A DNA stretch of 64,000 bases from a plasmid, in the sequence record NZ_CP118109.1; one strand, 5' to 3'. A model generated the notes under the pieces. It saw nothing but the letters and a program-made list of their open reading frames with translations, did not search any database and had not been told where the DNA came from. Below are positions 29,602 to 39,821 of the stretch, piece by piece (within the stretch, counting starts at the first letter, position 1; every line of letters starts with the position of its first letter). The translations under genes and the position numbers were made by a program.

Positions 29602-31667
29602 TATGAGTCCACTCCTTTTAGGGTATTGACGCCAAGTATAAATTCCCCGATTGGCCATCCTTCATCAAATCCGTTGCCTAGTGCGTACTGCACTTTCTCC
29701 TTACCGCTAATTTTAAAGAAGTCAGCTGGCTGTGGATGAATGAACGGCATTACACTATCAGAAGCAAGACGTTTTCGTTGATCTCTTATATTTGGCATAT
29801 AGACCGGATAGATGCTGTCGTTAGAATCAAAGCTAATTGCCTCATTCGTTGATCCAGCGAGGTCTTTCCGGATTTGTATATCATCTTGAATCAAAACATC
29901 GTAGTATTCACTTAACCGCTTTTGATAATCTGCGATGATTTGATAAGTGGAGCTTATACTTAATTGTGTTTGATCGATTAGGTTGGCAGAATGCCCAAGA
30001 GTCACATTTAGCCTTTCATCCAAAGCAACGTTTGTGACTTCATTAGCTTTATGCCGTGTAGTCTCGATCCATTTAAAGGATTCATGCAGATTCACATCTA
30101 CACTATCTTTAAAGGCAATCTGAGGCTCAAAATGAGCTTCTAAGCCTTCCAACATTTCGACCACCCAATCCTCTGAGTGGGTCGCTTTAATCGCCATATA
30201 GCCCTGATTCAGACGCTCTCCGATGCCTGCAAAATTGTCGAATGCTTCAACAATTTCATAGTCCACTAGAACGTGAGCCTTTTCTTGTATGCGGCCTATA
30301 AGCTTATCTACCAACTGAACAAAATAATCGTCGATATGAGGCAAAAAGTCTCCGTTTATCAGCTCTTTAACAAGATCCTTAACAATCATGTATTGCATTA
30401 CATCATCATCATGATAGATATCATATCTGACTATGCCATGAGACTTCTTCTTAGACAGATCCGCCTCATCCTCAACTTCCAGATAGAGACTAGCCGCCAA
30501 CTGATCAAGCGCTAGATAAGGGAATAAAGCATCGGTAATAAAGAGCTTCATAAGCATTAGCAGCTCTTCTTCAGGCTCCGCTATCAAAGCCTCAAGGATT
30601 TCATTCTTAAAGTAGTTGAGCTCTGTTTTTGTAGACTCCAAATGGACATAGTCCATCTGTTCTTGCAGAGCAGGCTCTAGTATCAATTGTACTGTACCAT
30701 TAGCTTTTAGAACAAAGTCGTCAGAAGGCATCAGATCATGTGCTGACTTCAATACTTCATGCTTTATATCGAAATCAGTGCTATCACCTAAATAAATCGC
30801 TTGATTTTCGCCGTTTTCTAAGAAGACTTCAATCCTGGACTTTTTAATGATTTTATCGATCGCGTCTTCAAGGAAAACTTCAAGAACAAACGTCACGATA
30901 TCATCTGTCCGATTCTTGATCTGGTCGGACACGCGGTGTAGCCTCATGAGCTCTGAGAACTCTTTCTGTGAGGACATAAAGCTTTCTTTGAACTCATGTC
31001 CTAGCTCCTTGCTGATCAGCTGAAATACTTCCTGAAGTGCAGCTTCCATCTGCTCATGTACACTTTCCATACCGTTAGCTCGAACAATGAATTGCTCGGA
31101 TGTGTCTGTCGTCATTTCATCCTCATGATTCATAAGGAAGTCATGTCTGGTTCGATCCTTGCGGAGCGTTGATTGAAGCGCGTCATCTACTATGAGACTA
31201 ACAAGACTCTCAACTTCTCCTTCTCGAACCATTGTCAGGATATCAAGAAGATCGTAAAGCATTTCATAAACTAAAAGCTCATTTTGATCGTCCTTGAGTT
31301 CTGAATAGATCCAATCACTTCTGTACCCGACATCTGATATTCCACGGATTCGATACTGATTGAGTCTTTTCACTTCACCCGGCTGCGGATTTAACCCAAG
31401 TGTTAGCCAATAGGATTCCGAAACACTGTCGATCGGTGAATCCAGAACGGCTTTAACACGGAATATAGCGCCTTCTACGCTGTCTGCTTCAAGGCCGGTA
31501 TCAACGCGCTTTTGTGTCACTATTGATGCGCTATCGCCTTCGGCTTGAACTACACGAAGACGATAGACACCTTCACTACCCGGAAAAGAAACTTGCCTGA
31601 ATAGCCGCTCTTTCATCGGATTTCCTGCATCAATAGTGAAAGGCATGACGCTCATTTCTTCATTCAT
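29601..31667 (-). CDS. 688-aa hypothetical structural protein
   Basis: ORF in operon. Confidence 0.45.
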   Translation of the reverse strand: MNEEMSVMPFTIDAGNPMKERLFRQVSFPGSEGVYRLRVVQAEGDSASIVTQKRVDTGLEADSVEGAIFRVKAVLDSPIDSVSESYWLTLGLNPQPGEVKRLNQYRIRGISDVGYRSDWIYSELKDDQNELLVYEMLYDLLDILTMVREGEVESLVSLIVDDALQSTLRKDRTRHDFLMNHEDEMTTDTSEQFIVRANGMESVHEQMEAALQEVFQLISKELGHEFKESFMSSQKEFSELMRLHRVSDQIKNRTDDIVTFVLEVFLEDAIDKIIKKSRIEVFLENGENQAIYLGDSTDFDIKHEVLKSAHDLMPSDDFVLKANGTVQLILEPALQEQMDYVHLESTKTELNYFKNEILEALIAEPEEELLMLMKLFITDALFPYLALDQLAASLYLEVEDEADLSKKKSHGIVRYDIYHDDDVMQYMIVKDLVKELINGDFLPHIDDYFVQLVDKLIGRIQEKAHVLVDYEIVEAFDNFAGIGERLNQGYMAIKATHSEDWVVEMLEGLEAHFEPQIAFKDSVDVNLHESFKWIETTRHKANEVTNVALDERLNVTLGHSANLIDQTQLSISSTYQIIADYQKRLSEYYDVLIQDDIQIRKDLAGSTNEAISFDSNDSIYPVYMPNIRDQRKRLASDSVMPFIHPQPADFFKISGKEKVQYALGNGFDEGWPIGEFILGVNTLKGVDS

Positions 31668-31692
31668 GATGGTCCCTGCCTTTCACGCTATA

Positions 31693-32241
31693 TTATTCTT
31701 GAGTTTTTGCTGCAGCTTTAGTGGTGCGCTTAGCTGTTGTTTTTGGCGCTTCTTCCTTGACTTCTTCTTTAACTTCTTCCTTAACTTCTTCAGGAGCTTC
31801 AGCAGTTGTTGCCGCAGCAGCCATGACGTTCATTTGAACGATCTCAGGCTCTCCTGCTTCTTTGGCATTAGGAAGATCGGCATTGCCAGCCAAGAGCTGA
31901 TCTGCACGATCAACGGCCATCGAAGGTTCTGGATGAACGAATTTGCCATCCAACGTTTTACGAACCTCTTTTGTATTTGTTTTAAATACATCAGTAAACT
32001 TCGTCTTCCAGTTCTCAATAACAGAAGCCGGAAGTTCCCCCTCATATAACACTAAAGCTGGCGTCTTACACAACACAGCATGAACGATGTTTTTCATCGT
32101 CTCAGGCTTGGTCTCGTCATATGATAATGACCGTGTAGGATTAGCCAGCGTAAGATAAGTGTTAGTGAGGGGATCAAAGTAGCTAGTTTTGCGCGGTGCT
32201 AAACCGAACGTCACTTGTACAGCCATATTTGATCCCTCCAT
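31693..32241 (-). CDS. 182-aa protein with C-terminal (EEVK)n repeat, possible head decoration/auxiliary protein
   Basis: ORF adjacent to the capsid candidate; low-complexity EEVKEEVKEEVKEEAPKTTAKRTTKAAAK tail. Confidence 0.45.
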   Translation of the reverse strand: MEGSNMAVQVTFGLAPRKTSYFDPLTNTYLTLANPTRSLSYDETKPETMKNIVHAVLCKTPALVLYEGELPASVIENWKTKFTDVFKTNTKEVRKTLDGKFVHPEPSMAVDRADQLLAGNADLPNAKEAGEPEIVQMNVMAAAATTAEAPEEVKEEVKEEVKEEAPKTTAKRTTKAAAKTQE

Positions 32242-32283
32242 TAAAGTTTAGTTTAGTTTCTTATACTATACCCAACCAGCAGA

Positions 32284-33369
32284 TTAAGAGATAACCCGAA
32301 CTGTTTGAGGATTTGGATAACTGCGTTCGAATGCAAGGTTACGAGCTGTTGCTACTGCCTTACCTTCGTTCAATACGCCGATACCATAACGCTCTTTAAC
32401 TTTGATCGTTTGGATATCACGCATCGGATCGTCGAACTGTTCTGTAGACAATGGGTCTTTTACGAGTACGATACCGATATTGGATTTGTCCACAACGTAC
32501 ATATCGAATTTCTTCTCTTCGTAGTTGAATGGAGCAAACGGCGTAAAGTTGATGTTGATGCTGAATGGAATACGTCCTTGTACGCTGTCTGGGTTGATTT
32601 GCAGGTTCGTGATTTGGGAACCGCCCAGTGCTGCATGAGACAGAGATTGCATCAGATCATTTTTGAAGAATACGCTCCAAGTCAGTGGATGCATGATGAT
32701 ATCTGTAGGATTGAAGCCGTTAGCCATAACCGCTACGAACATGTCGATCATATCTTCTGTGCTCAGTGTATTATTCAGGTTGCCATCGATATCGCGGCCA
32801 GTTGTACCTGCTTCCGTATATTTCGTACGAATATCGTTATCATATACGATGTGACCATGCTTAGAGAATTGGTTGAAGATTTTTTCTTCTTTAAGGCGAG
32901 CCATTGCTTCGCCCGCTTTACGAACCAAGATCCCGATTACGTCCCACTGGGAGTCGTTGATCATTTCGTCTGTAACGCGGACCACCATACCAGATTTACC
33001 AACTTTGACTTCTTGCGTGCGGTGCATTTGGAAGTCAACAGTTTCTTCTAGGTACGATTGGCTTTCCCCGATATCATGCGCACGCATTGCGCCGATAGAC
33101 GGGAACTCGATAGAACGTCCTTCTGTTAGACGTACTGTTTGCATCAGGGTGGAGCCCAAATACATAGGCTCAGCTGCTTCACGCATCATACCAGTAATAA
33201 CGCGCGGGATAAGAATGGAAGCATCTTGTGTAGTGAGTGCTTCTTTTACGCCGACAAGGTCACCTTTCGGGATTTGCGTCCAGTCCTCTTCAAGGTTGAG
33301 TTGACGCTGCATTCTCTCGTAGACTTTCACAGCCTCCGGAGACAATTGCATTTCATTTAAGTTCATCAT
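32284..33369 (-). CDS. 361-aa putative major capsid protein (HK97-fold-like)
   Basis: Size and position after the scaffold-like gene; no diagnostic motif, composition consistent. Confidence 0.45.
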   Translation of the reverse strand: MMNLNEMQLSPEAVKVYERMQRQLNLEEDWTQIPKGDLVGVKEALTTQDASILIPRVITGMMREAAEPMYLGSTLMQTVRLTEGRSIEFPSIGAMRAHDIGESQSYLEETVDFQMHRTQEVKVGKSGMVVRVTDEMINDSQWDVIGILVRKAGEAMARLKEEKIFNQFSKHGHIVYDNDIRTKYTEAGTTGRDIDGNLNNTLSTEDMIDMFVAVMANGFNPTDIIMHPLTWSVFFKNDLMQSLSHAALGGSQITNLQINPDSVQGRIPFSININFTPFAPFNYEEKKFDMYVVDKSNIGIVLVKDPLSTEQFDDPMRDIQTIKVKERYGIGVLNEGKAVATARNLAFERSYPNPQTVRVIS

Positions 33370-33400
33370 TAGTGGCTAGGCCCCTTTCTGTGATTACGAA

Positions 33401-34627
33401 TTATTTATGAAGCAGGATACGAACCGCACCGATCGAACCTTTGAAGTCCCAACCTGTTGGGATACCAGGGATTTGACCTGTTGCTTTGTACGTTGCCGTT
33501 ACATTTTTAGGAGTAGCGCCAGCAGTGTTATCAACCGTTACAACAACCAAGCCAAGCTCAGCATTTACGTAATCAGGTTCAATAACTTGTCCATCGAATT
33601 TAACTTCGACAGTTCCGGCTACAGCTGGAAGGTGTTCCAAGCGGAAATCATGACGACCTTTTTGTCCCGGCTGAATTGTACCGATAACTTCATCTTCGTA
33701 TGGCACTTCGATATTGGAACCGTTTGTTAGGCCAGGAATACCTTGTGGCTTGTACTGTCCTTTATCCCAGTTCGCATAAGTTTTTTCGTAAGGGTAGCCA
33801 GGGAAGCCATCTTGAGCACCAATATCTTCTGGACGGAATCCAGAGTTATTAATGTGCTTGTCATCAGAGCGTTGATCTTCTTGGCTCCATCCAACCCATT
33901 TCAACCAGCCTTGTGGAGGCATGTTCGTTTCAACGGACCAGATTTGACCGATAGTTTGATCGCGCATGATACTTTCTTGTTCCATCAAGGCTTTCAATTC
34001 ATCAAGAGTAGTCGCTGCCTTGATTTGCTCACGAATTTGATCAAAGTCGGCTACGATTAGACGTCCGTTTTCATCAGACATTACAAAGTCGCCGTTTTTC
34101 GCAGGACGAGATGGATTCGCATCGTAGAAAGAACCCCAATGGATTTCTTCTGCGTCTGCTTTCACTGGAATGTATGGAAGCTCAATGTAGATTGTATTTT
34201 CAATTGTCGGCTGCATGCCGTTGAAACCATCTACAAATTCTTCATACAAGTTACCGTAAGCTACGCCAATTGCTTTATTGGCTGCACGAGTGTAAGTGGA
34301 GCCGTCTGTTTTATGAACGTCCGTTACATCCTTACCGCCGTTAGCTAGTGTAAGAACTGGAAGCAATGTGCCGCTGTCGAAATCTTTAATTACGCCGTCT
34401 TGTCTTTCGTTAAAGTTATCGGTTGCCGCAGCAACTGCGCGACCTTTAGGAATTACAACCCAGCCATCGCCACCGAAATGATACCGGAATAGACGTTTTA
34501 GACGAGGGTCAATTGCAAATTTCTCGCCGGGACTGTCATGAGTACCTGCTTGAAGCTTGGTATTTGTACGATTGTACTGATCTGGTGTGTCTCTAAGAGG
34601 ACCTGTATTGCCAGAGAATAATGCCAT
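33401..34627 (-). CDS. 408-aa head protein candidate (capsid or vertex/decoration)
   Basis: ORF between the scaffold-like and capsid candidates. Confidence 0.4.
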   Translation of the reverse strand: MALFSGNTGPLRDTPDQYNRTNTKLQAGTHDSPGEKFAIDPRLKRLFRYHFGGDGWVVIPKGRAVAAATDNFNERQDGVIKDFDSGTLLPVLTLANGGKDVTDVHKTDGSTYTRAANKAIGVAYGNLYEEFVDGFNGMQPTIENTIYIELPYIPVKADAEEIHWGSFYDANPSRPAKNGDFVMSDENGRLIVADFDQIREQIKAATTLDELKALMEQESIMRDQTIGQIWSVETNMPPQGWLKWVGWSQEDQRSDDKHINNSGFRPEDIGAQDGFPGYPYEKTYANWDKGQYKPQGIPGLTNGSNIEVPYEDEVIGTIQPGQKGRHDFRLEHLPAVAGTVEVKFDGQVIEPDYVNAELGLVVVTVDNTAGATPKNVTATYKATGQIPGIPTGWDFKGSIGAVRILLHK

Positions 34628-34661
34628 TGAATAGTCAACTCCTTAAATTGGTATACATATT

Positions 34662-36104
34662 TTAGTGTTTTTTGCTTTTAAACATGCCACTAAATAGATT
34701 TACAGCATCTTGTCCTGTCATCGTCTTCGGTGTCTCGGACTCATCTGTATGAACACCAGGGTTTGTTACACTACCTGGAACCGGCTTAAGAGTTTTAGAT
34801 TCTGCAAGAAGATCACTTCTCGTATTTTCCAATGACTCTTTACTACGTGTTGCATGAGCATCGACTGCTTCTTGGTGATCAACACCTACAACATCAGGTT
34901 TGTTAAGCTGACGCTTCATCTGAACAACACTTTCTGCAAGAGATCGATGAGCTGCCTCATTCAATGTCGCATTCTCTTGTGTCAGTCGAGAAACCTCGGC
35001 TTGTGCTTCAGATAGCTTTGCTCCCATGCGCTGATTTTCCATTACGAGATTTGTAATGGTTTGCTGCATCTCTGTCAGATTAACTGCCGGAGCTGGAGGA
35101 GTTGCAGGAGCAGGTGGATTGCTTTCCGTTGTTTGTGCAACTGGATCAGCATTCGTAGCTGCAGGAGGTGTTTGCTCTCCTTCTTTCGTACCAGCTACTG
35201 GATTTGTGTCTGGCTCAGCTGGAGGTGTCTGCTCTCCTTCTTTGGTTCCTGTAACAACTGTAGTTTCTGGATTTTCCTCATTTGGATTAGGCATTGTTGT
35301 ACTCCCTTCCTCAAATCTAAGCAAGTTTTCAAAGGCTTTCTTTTGTCCTTCGTTTAACTGCTCATATAGGTTAGTACCTGGGCTATCTACGTGCTGTAGC
35401 AACCCTTCGGCTAGTTGAAAGATGTTCATTTGAACGGATTCCTGAGAAGACCCGCTTGAGTTGCTTCCTTCATCCTCGTAAACTGCAGTAACACCTGTGT
35501 TGCCGGCATATTCGTCAGCAGGGACATTAACATATGAAACTTCACGTCCATATGTTGTTCCAATAATGAAATGAGCTGTCTGATCCTCGTATTCTTGTCC
35601 GGGATAGTGCTCACACCACTCTTGAGTGCGGTCTGATCCGCAAATGTTGCAAGTAACTTTATCTGTACTCGCCCCGATAGATACTGTTTGGTATCGACCA
35701 TCAAGCACCTTCTCGATTGCGACCGGATCGGTGATCTCTACGGTGAACATAAGCCCTGGCTTACCCGACATCGTCACATCATGGTACTCTGCCTTGATGA
35801 TCCGTCCGATTGGCTCACCGTCAACATCATTGTGGTGAGTCAGTACCGGCTTCGGCCGTGGTGACGTCCAGCTTTCAAGACCTGCAGACAATCCTTCTTT
35901 GGTGTAATACGTATAGTTACGAGTACGACCAACGTGGATTGCTTCAATGGTAACAATCAGCTTTTTGGGTTTTCCTTTGGCTGATTCATTCAACACCTGG
36001 ACTGATTCTCGTTTGATCTTTCCGATCGTTCCTAAATTCTCGTTAAAGGCTTTAGGCACCAGTGTTTTTTGTTCATGTTCTGTAAGCGTGTATACATTCC
36101 TCAC
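34662..36104 (-). CDS. 480-aa scaffold-like/prohead core protein with Pro-rich repeats and coiled coil
   Basis: Tandem TKEGEQTPPA repeats, PAPATPPAPA, then a helical Q/E-rich segment. Confidence 0.4.
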   Translation of the reverse strand: MRNVYTLTEHEQKTLVPKAFNENLGTIGKIKRESVQVLNESAKGKPKKLIVTIEAIHVGRTRNYTYYTKEGLSAGLESWTSPRPKPVLTHHNDVDGEPIGRIIKAEYHDVTMSGKPGLMFTVEITDPVAIEKVLDGRYQTVSIGASTDKVTCNICGSDRTQEWCEHYPGQEYEDQTAHFIIGTTYGREVSYVNVPADEYAGNTGVTAVYEDEGSNSSGSSQESVQMNIFQLAEGLLQHVDSPGTNLYEQLNEGQKKAFENLLRFEEGSTTMPNPNEENPETTVVTGTKEGEQTPPAEPDTNPVAGTKEGEQTPPAATNADPVAQTTESNPPAPATPPAPAVNLTEMQQTITNLVMENQRMGAKLSEAQAEVSRLTQENATLNEAAHRSLAESVVQMKRQLNKPDVVGVDHQEAVDAHATRSKESLENTRSDLLAESKTLKPVPGSVTNPGVHTDESETPKTMTGQDAVNLFSGMFKSKKH

Positions 36105-38350
36105 TTAGCTTCACCCCCTTCGTCATGGATTGTTAGATCACATTCGCAGTTCGTGTGAAACGGAGGAATGCGATAGAATATAGCCATCTCATCGTAGGAC
36201 GATAACTCTACCAGTGAGATAATCTCCTGCGATTTTTCATAGCAGGTTGAACAGCTTCCAGGCTCATGAAGAGCTTTTACGCTAGAGACTCCACTTCTGC
36301 CCAGCGCCAGAACATATCCGTAATGATATGTCTTAATCACTGTCGTCTTGGCAATAGCCTTAATGCGATGCCTTACAGATTCAAACACGCTGCGCGTGAT
36401 TAGAATTGCTTTGTTTTCATCATCTACACCTTTGAGCTTTTCATTTAATACGTGATGTATCGTTTCTTCCATCAAATCAAAAGAATCTTGTGTAAATTCA
36501 GATACCAGTCGAAGCGATTGCGATAAGTTAATACCAGGCGATTTAGATAGCTTTAATTGAGTAGCAGCTTTCTTTGCTCCTTCAAGGAGTACGCTTCTTG
36601 CTTCTTTCTGAATAACTTGATCCATTTTGTCTTTGCTGAAATGTATCGCAGAAAGGGCTTCAGATGGTGAAGTCATTGGAAACCTGTTACGGGTCTTCGT
36701 CCGCTGAATCTCACCAATCACATCCTCCTCCATCATAGAGAAGACTTTACTCATCTCTTTATGAAGGGATTGCACAGTCTCAATAGGAAGTTCAAATTCC
36801 GATTGAATCTGGTCGTATTGGTCTTTTTCTTTCAGCGAAATTCCAATCACTTTGTCGTACATTTCCTTCAAGGATTCTGTACTGCTTTTTGGTCCGGATC
36901 GTGTTCCATTTTGATTGGTTGGCTGTTGCTTATTGTTTGTTTCCGCACTGCCGGATGCCGCGACTGCTGCTTGATCAAGAGTCGCTTGATGCTCTGCTTG
37001 CTGCATCCCAATCATTTGGAAGTGTAATCGACCTTCATCGGTTACGGGGTCCATTCCGATATTCTTACGGGTTTCATCCCACGTCTGAACGTTATGCTCA
37101 AATTTAAAGATCTCATGTGTTTCGACCTTGATACGCATTTCTTGTTCAATTTCATTGAAGACGAAGTTAACTCTAAAATCAGGGTTGGCCATAGGATCAT
37201 AGCCGCCTTCAACCAGAAGTTCTTCGATAATGAATTGATCAATGTACATTTGGATCGTTTTCTGCCAACCTTTCACTCGGTCAGCTTTATTTCCACCCAT
37301 AGCGTCCGCTGTATTTCGATTGGCTGTATCTCCCCGACCGAAATCGACTTGAGACATACCAAGCCCCGAGAACACTCGGTTTTCGAAATAATCCAGATAA
37401 GGACGGCCATCAATGGCTGTTATATTTACAGCTTCTACTTTATGGCGTTCTGGAAGGACGATCGCACCATCCGTCGGTAAATCTTCGATAACAGATCGAA
37501 TAGCTTCAAGCTCTTCATCCGTTGCCTCATATCCCGGCTGTGCAACACCTACCGTATAAGCCAGAAGCGGAAAGATGTGTCGATACAGCAGGAGTGCCGC
37601 ATTCTCTTCAACCTTTCGCAAAAGCCTTACATCATCTATAACAGGAGCAAGAAACGGAATACCAAATGCTTCGCCTGCTGGACGATTCACAGGAATGTGA
37701 ATCATATCCTGCACCTGAAAATCTACTGTGTCTCCGCCTGATCCTGAATCCTGCGTATAGCTGGATACATTACCTTGATCATCCCGCGTAATTGAGATCG
37801 TCGCCGGTGGAAGTCTAAAATATCCGGCTACGGGATCTTTGGCTGGAAGGACTGCTGTTGCGGGAAGACCCGGAGGTAAACCCACTCCATTTTTTGCCCT
37901 GGCTTTGACAATGAAAGAGTTGTGAAATCTTACAACATCATCTGCGATTCCATGAAATAGCTCGTCTGTAGGTACTTGTGTAGCAATCGCCATCATATCC
38001 AGCCTTGTCTTGAGATACTGCAGAGCTTCATCACTACGACTCTTAAATGCATAGCCGCCTTTCATGATTAGCTCACTGTATTTCAGGACTGTCTGTGTTA
38101 GATAACTATCACGCTCTATGGCGGTTGCAATGGCTGCAAAGTCCGATTTCGGAGTTTCAGCATCACTACCACCTGAGCTGTTTTTGACTGCATATCCTAC
38201 TCGCTTGACTTGAGTCGCTTTTGGATCACGATTGACAGTGATGCCGCTACTGGAGCTGCCGCCCGTTGGAGTCGTTGCGTTCTTTAGGCCAATACGTGAT
38301 AAGACATTCATAAAAAGCTTAGCCAAGAAACACATCTCCTTTCCGAGCAA
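36101..38350 (-). CDS. 749-aa putative portal protein
   Basis: Large ORF two genes downstream of the large terminase and upstream of scaffold/capsid candidates; possible TTG start with RBS AAGGAG. Confidence 0.4.
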   Translation of the reverse strand: MLGKEMCFLAKLFMNVLSRIGLKNATTPTGGSSSSGITVNRDPKATQVKRVGYAVKNSSGGSDAETPKSDFAAIATAIERDSYLTQTVLKYSELIMKGGYAFKSRSDEALQYLKTRLDMMAIATQVPTDELFHGIADDVVRFHNSFIVKARAKNGVGLPPGLPATAVLPAKDPVAGYFRLPPATISITRDDQGNVSSYTQDSGSGGDTVDFQVQDMIHIPVNRPAGEAFGIPFLAPVIDDVRLLRKVEENAALLLYRHIFPLLAYTVGVAQPGYEATDEELEAIRSVIEDLPTDGAIVLPERHKVEAVNITAIDGRPYLDYFENRVFSGLGMSQVDFGRGDTANRNTADAMGGNKADRVKGWQKTIQMYIDQFIIEELLVEGGYDPMANPDFRVNFVFNEIEQEMRIKVETHEIFKFEHNVQTWDETRKNIGMDPVTDEGRLHFQMIGMQQAEHQATLDQAAVAASGSAETNNKQQPTNQNGTRSGPKSSTESLKEMYDKVIGISLKEKDQYDQIQSEFELPIETVQSLHKEMSKVFSMMEEDVIGEIQRTKTRNRFPMTSPSEALSAIHFSKDKMDQVIQKEARSVLLEGAKKAATQLKLSKSPGINLSQSLRLVSEFTQDSFDLMEETIHHVLNEKLKGVDDENKAILITRSVFESVRHRIKAIAKTTVIKTYHYGYVLALGRSGVSSVKALHEPGSCSTCYEKSQEIISLVELSSYDEMAIFYRIPPFHTNCECDLTIHDEGGEAK

Positions 38351-38383
38351 GTCACTTTATCTTAAATAATTATATATTAAAAA

Positions 38384-38397
38384 TGTAAGGCGTTACA
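38384..38397. promoter_or_regulatory. TGTAAGGCGTTACA motif copy upstream of the portal-candidate operon
   Basis: Same motif family. Confidence 0.5.
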
Positions 38398-38403
38398 CTT
38401 GTG

Positions 38404-39672
38404 CTAGACTGCGTATCCATTAGTCTCCAAATAACTAATTGCCCATTCTTCATCGATATTGCTTGCCTCTTGCAAATCCTCTAATATCCTCAAGAATCTT
38501 CTGATTTCCTCTTTTTTCTGAATAAGCTGGTATTGTTGACTATAGAAAATTGCCTCTTGCTGATAGAAACGAGTCATATCTGTAATGGATGAATCGTACT
38601 GATTTTTACTTTGCGATAGAGAACCGACAATGATTTCAGCCAGTGCATTCATGGATTCATTTGTATCCGATTGATTATAGAGCCAGTTCTTAACTCCGAC
38701 ACCGGATTTGGATTCCAGCTGCTGATAGAACCACTGCTGCTTTGAAACAAAGGATTCTTTCTGATCGTCAATCAGTGCATACTGCCCCTTCAATGAAGTC
38801 AGCTTGTCTTTTATGTTGCGGAAGGACAGTAGAACATAAGCAGCGACCGAAGACTTATCAGCAAGGGGTGCTACCTGTAGGATCATCCCTTTAAGATCAT
38901 CCTTCATGACAACAGCTGGATTCGTTATAAGAAACTGCATCTGATCAAGCAATTGAGAATACATTGCATATCGGTTTCGGTGTACATATGAAGTATCCGA
39001 TAGGGATACATGCAATGCTTCCATCTGTTGACGAGTCAGGTCTTGGTCATAAATCTGCCGCTCCAGTGAAGAGATTGTCGAGTTCGTTATGTCTTCCTCA
39101 TGGTTCTCCTCATCCGAATACGCAGACTGAATCTCATCTGTTAGCCGATTAAAGACTTGCTCTGCTTCAATCCATTGATTAATCATATTGGCTTCTGATT
39201 CTTCGACAGCACTAACCTCTGCGTTGCCTGTAATCTGAGTACGGTAGTGTCCGTCCACAAATTCAAACTGCATCGAGCAGGATGCCTTCATTCGGTATAG
39301 GATCGTGTAAATTTCAGCATCACCAGAAGCCCGCGGACCGCACAATATATCTTCTTGCTCAATAATTCTGCTCTGATCTCCTGATTCGAGGATTCCCTTA
39401 TACTCAAAGAAGCTAGGGGTTTGATTTCGATCTTCGATCATCTTCATTAAGACATTCATTCGCTCAACTAATTCTGAATAGCCCTTCAGAACACTTGTAA
39501 TTGTAAAATCCTCTGAACGAATAATCTTTTGCACAGTTGCCGGATTAATTCGAAAGAAGCGATCTTTCTTCGGCATCTTCAGATCCGGCCGATAGTTAAC
39601 CTGATTCCGTTCATAGGATGTATCTATACCACGCTGCCCAAAGATATCTTCCGACATGTTAATGACCTCCAT
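38404..39672 (-). CDS. 422-aa acidic hypothetical protein
   Basis: ORF with RBS GGAGG; between the large terminase and the portal candidate. Confidence 0.45.
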   Translation of the reverse strand: MEVINMSEDIFGQRGIDTSYERNQVNYRPDLKMPKKDRFFRINPATVQKIIRSEDFTITSVLKGYSELVERMNVLMKMIEDRNQTPSFFEYKGILESGDQSRIIEQEDILCGPRASGDAEIYTILYRMKASCSMQFEFVDGHYRTQITGNAEVSAVEESEANMINQWIEAEQVFNRLTDEIQSAYSDEENHEEDITNSTISSLERQIYDQDLTRQQMEALHVSLSDTSYVHRNRYAMYSQLLDQMQFLITNPAVVMKDDLKGMILQVAPLADKSSVAAYVLLSFRNIKDKLTSLKGQYALIDDQKESFVSKQQWFYQQLESKSGVGVKNWLYNQSDTNESMNALAEIIVGSLSQSKNQYDSSITDMTRFYQQEAIFYSQQYQLIQKKEEIRRFLRILEDLQEASNIDEEWAISYLETNGYAV

Positions 39673-39683
39673 AAAATATGTAA

Positions 39684-39705
39684 GGCGCAGAGATTAGTCT
39701 GCGCC
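39684..39705 (-). other. Stem-loop GGCGCAG-N8-CTGCGCC just upstream of the RBS of the 38404..39672 gene, embedding a TGTAAGGCGC half-motif
   Basis: 7-bp stem. Confidence 0.35.
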
Positions 39706-39821
39706 CCAGGGAAAGAGAGTTTGATGAGCCTAGCCAGAAAGGATACAGGGGATTTTTGCCTTCCACCAGGCGGCCCAATGGCCACAAGGGACAACGCATT
39801 ACTTCAGGCATTCCAGAGGAT

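Noticed and set aside
39706-39821. Possible small gene in the 116-bp gap after terL
   Set aside because: No ORF with RBS on either strand; contains only a degenerate AACGCATTAC half-motif, so treated as regulatory spacer.
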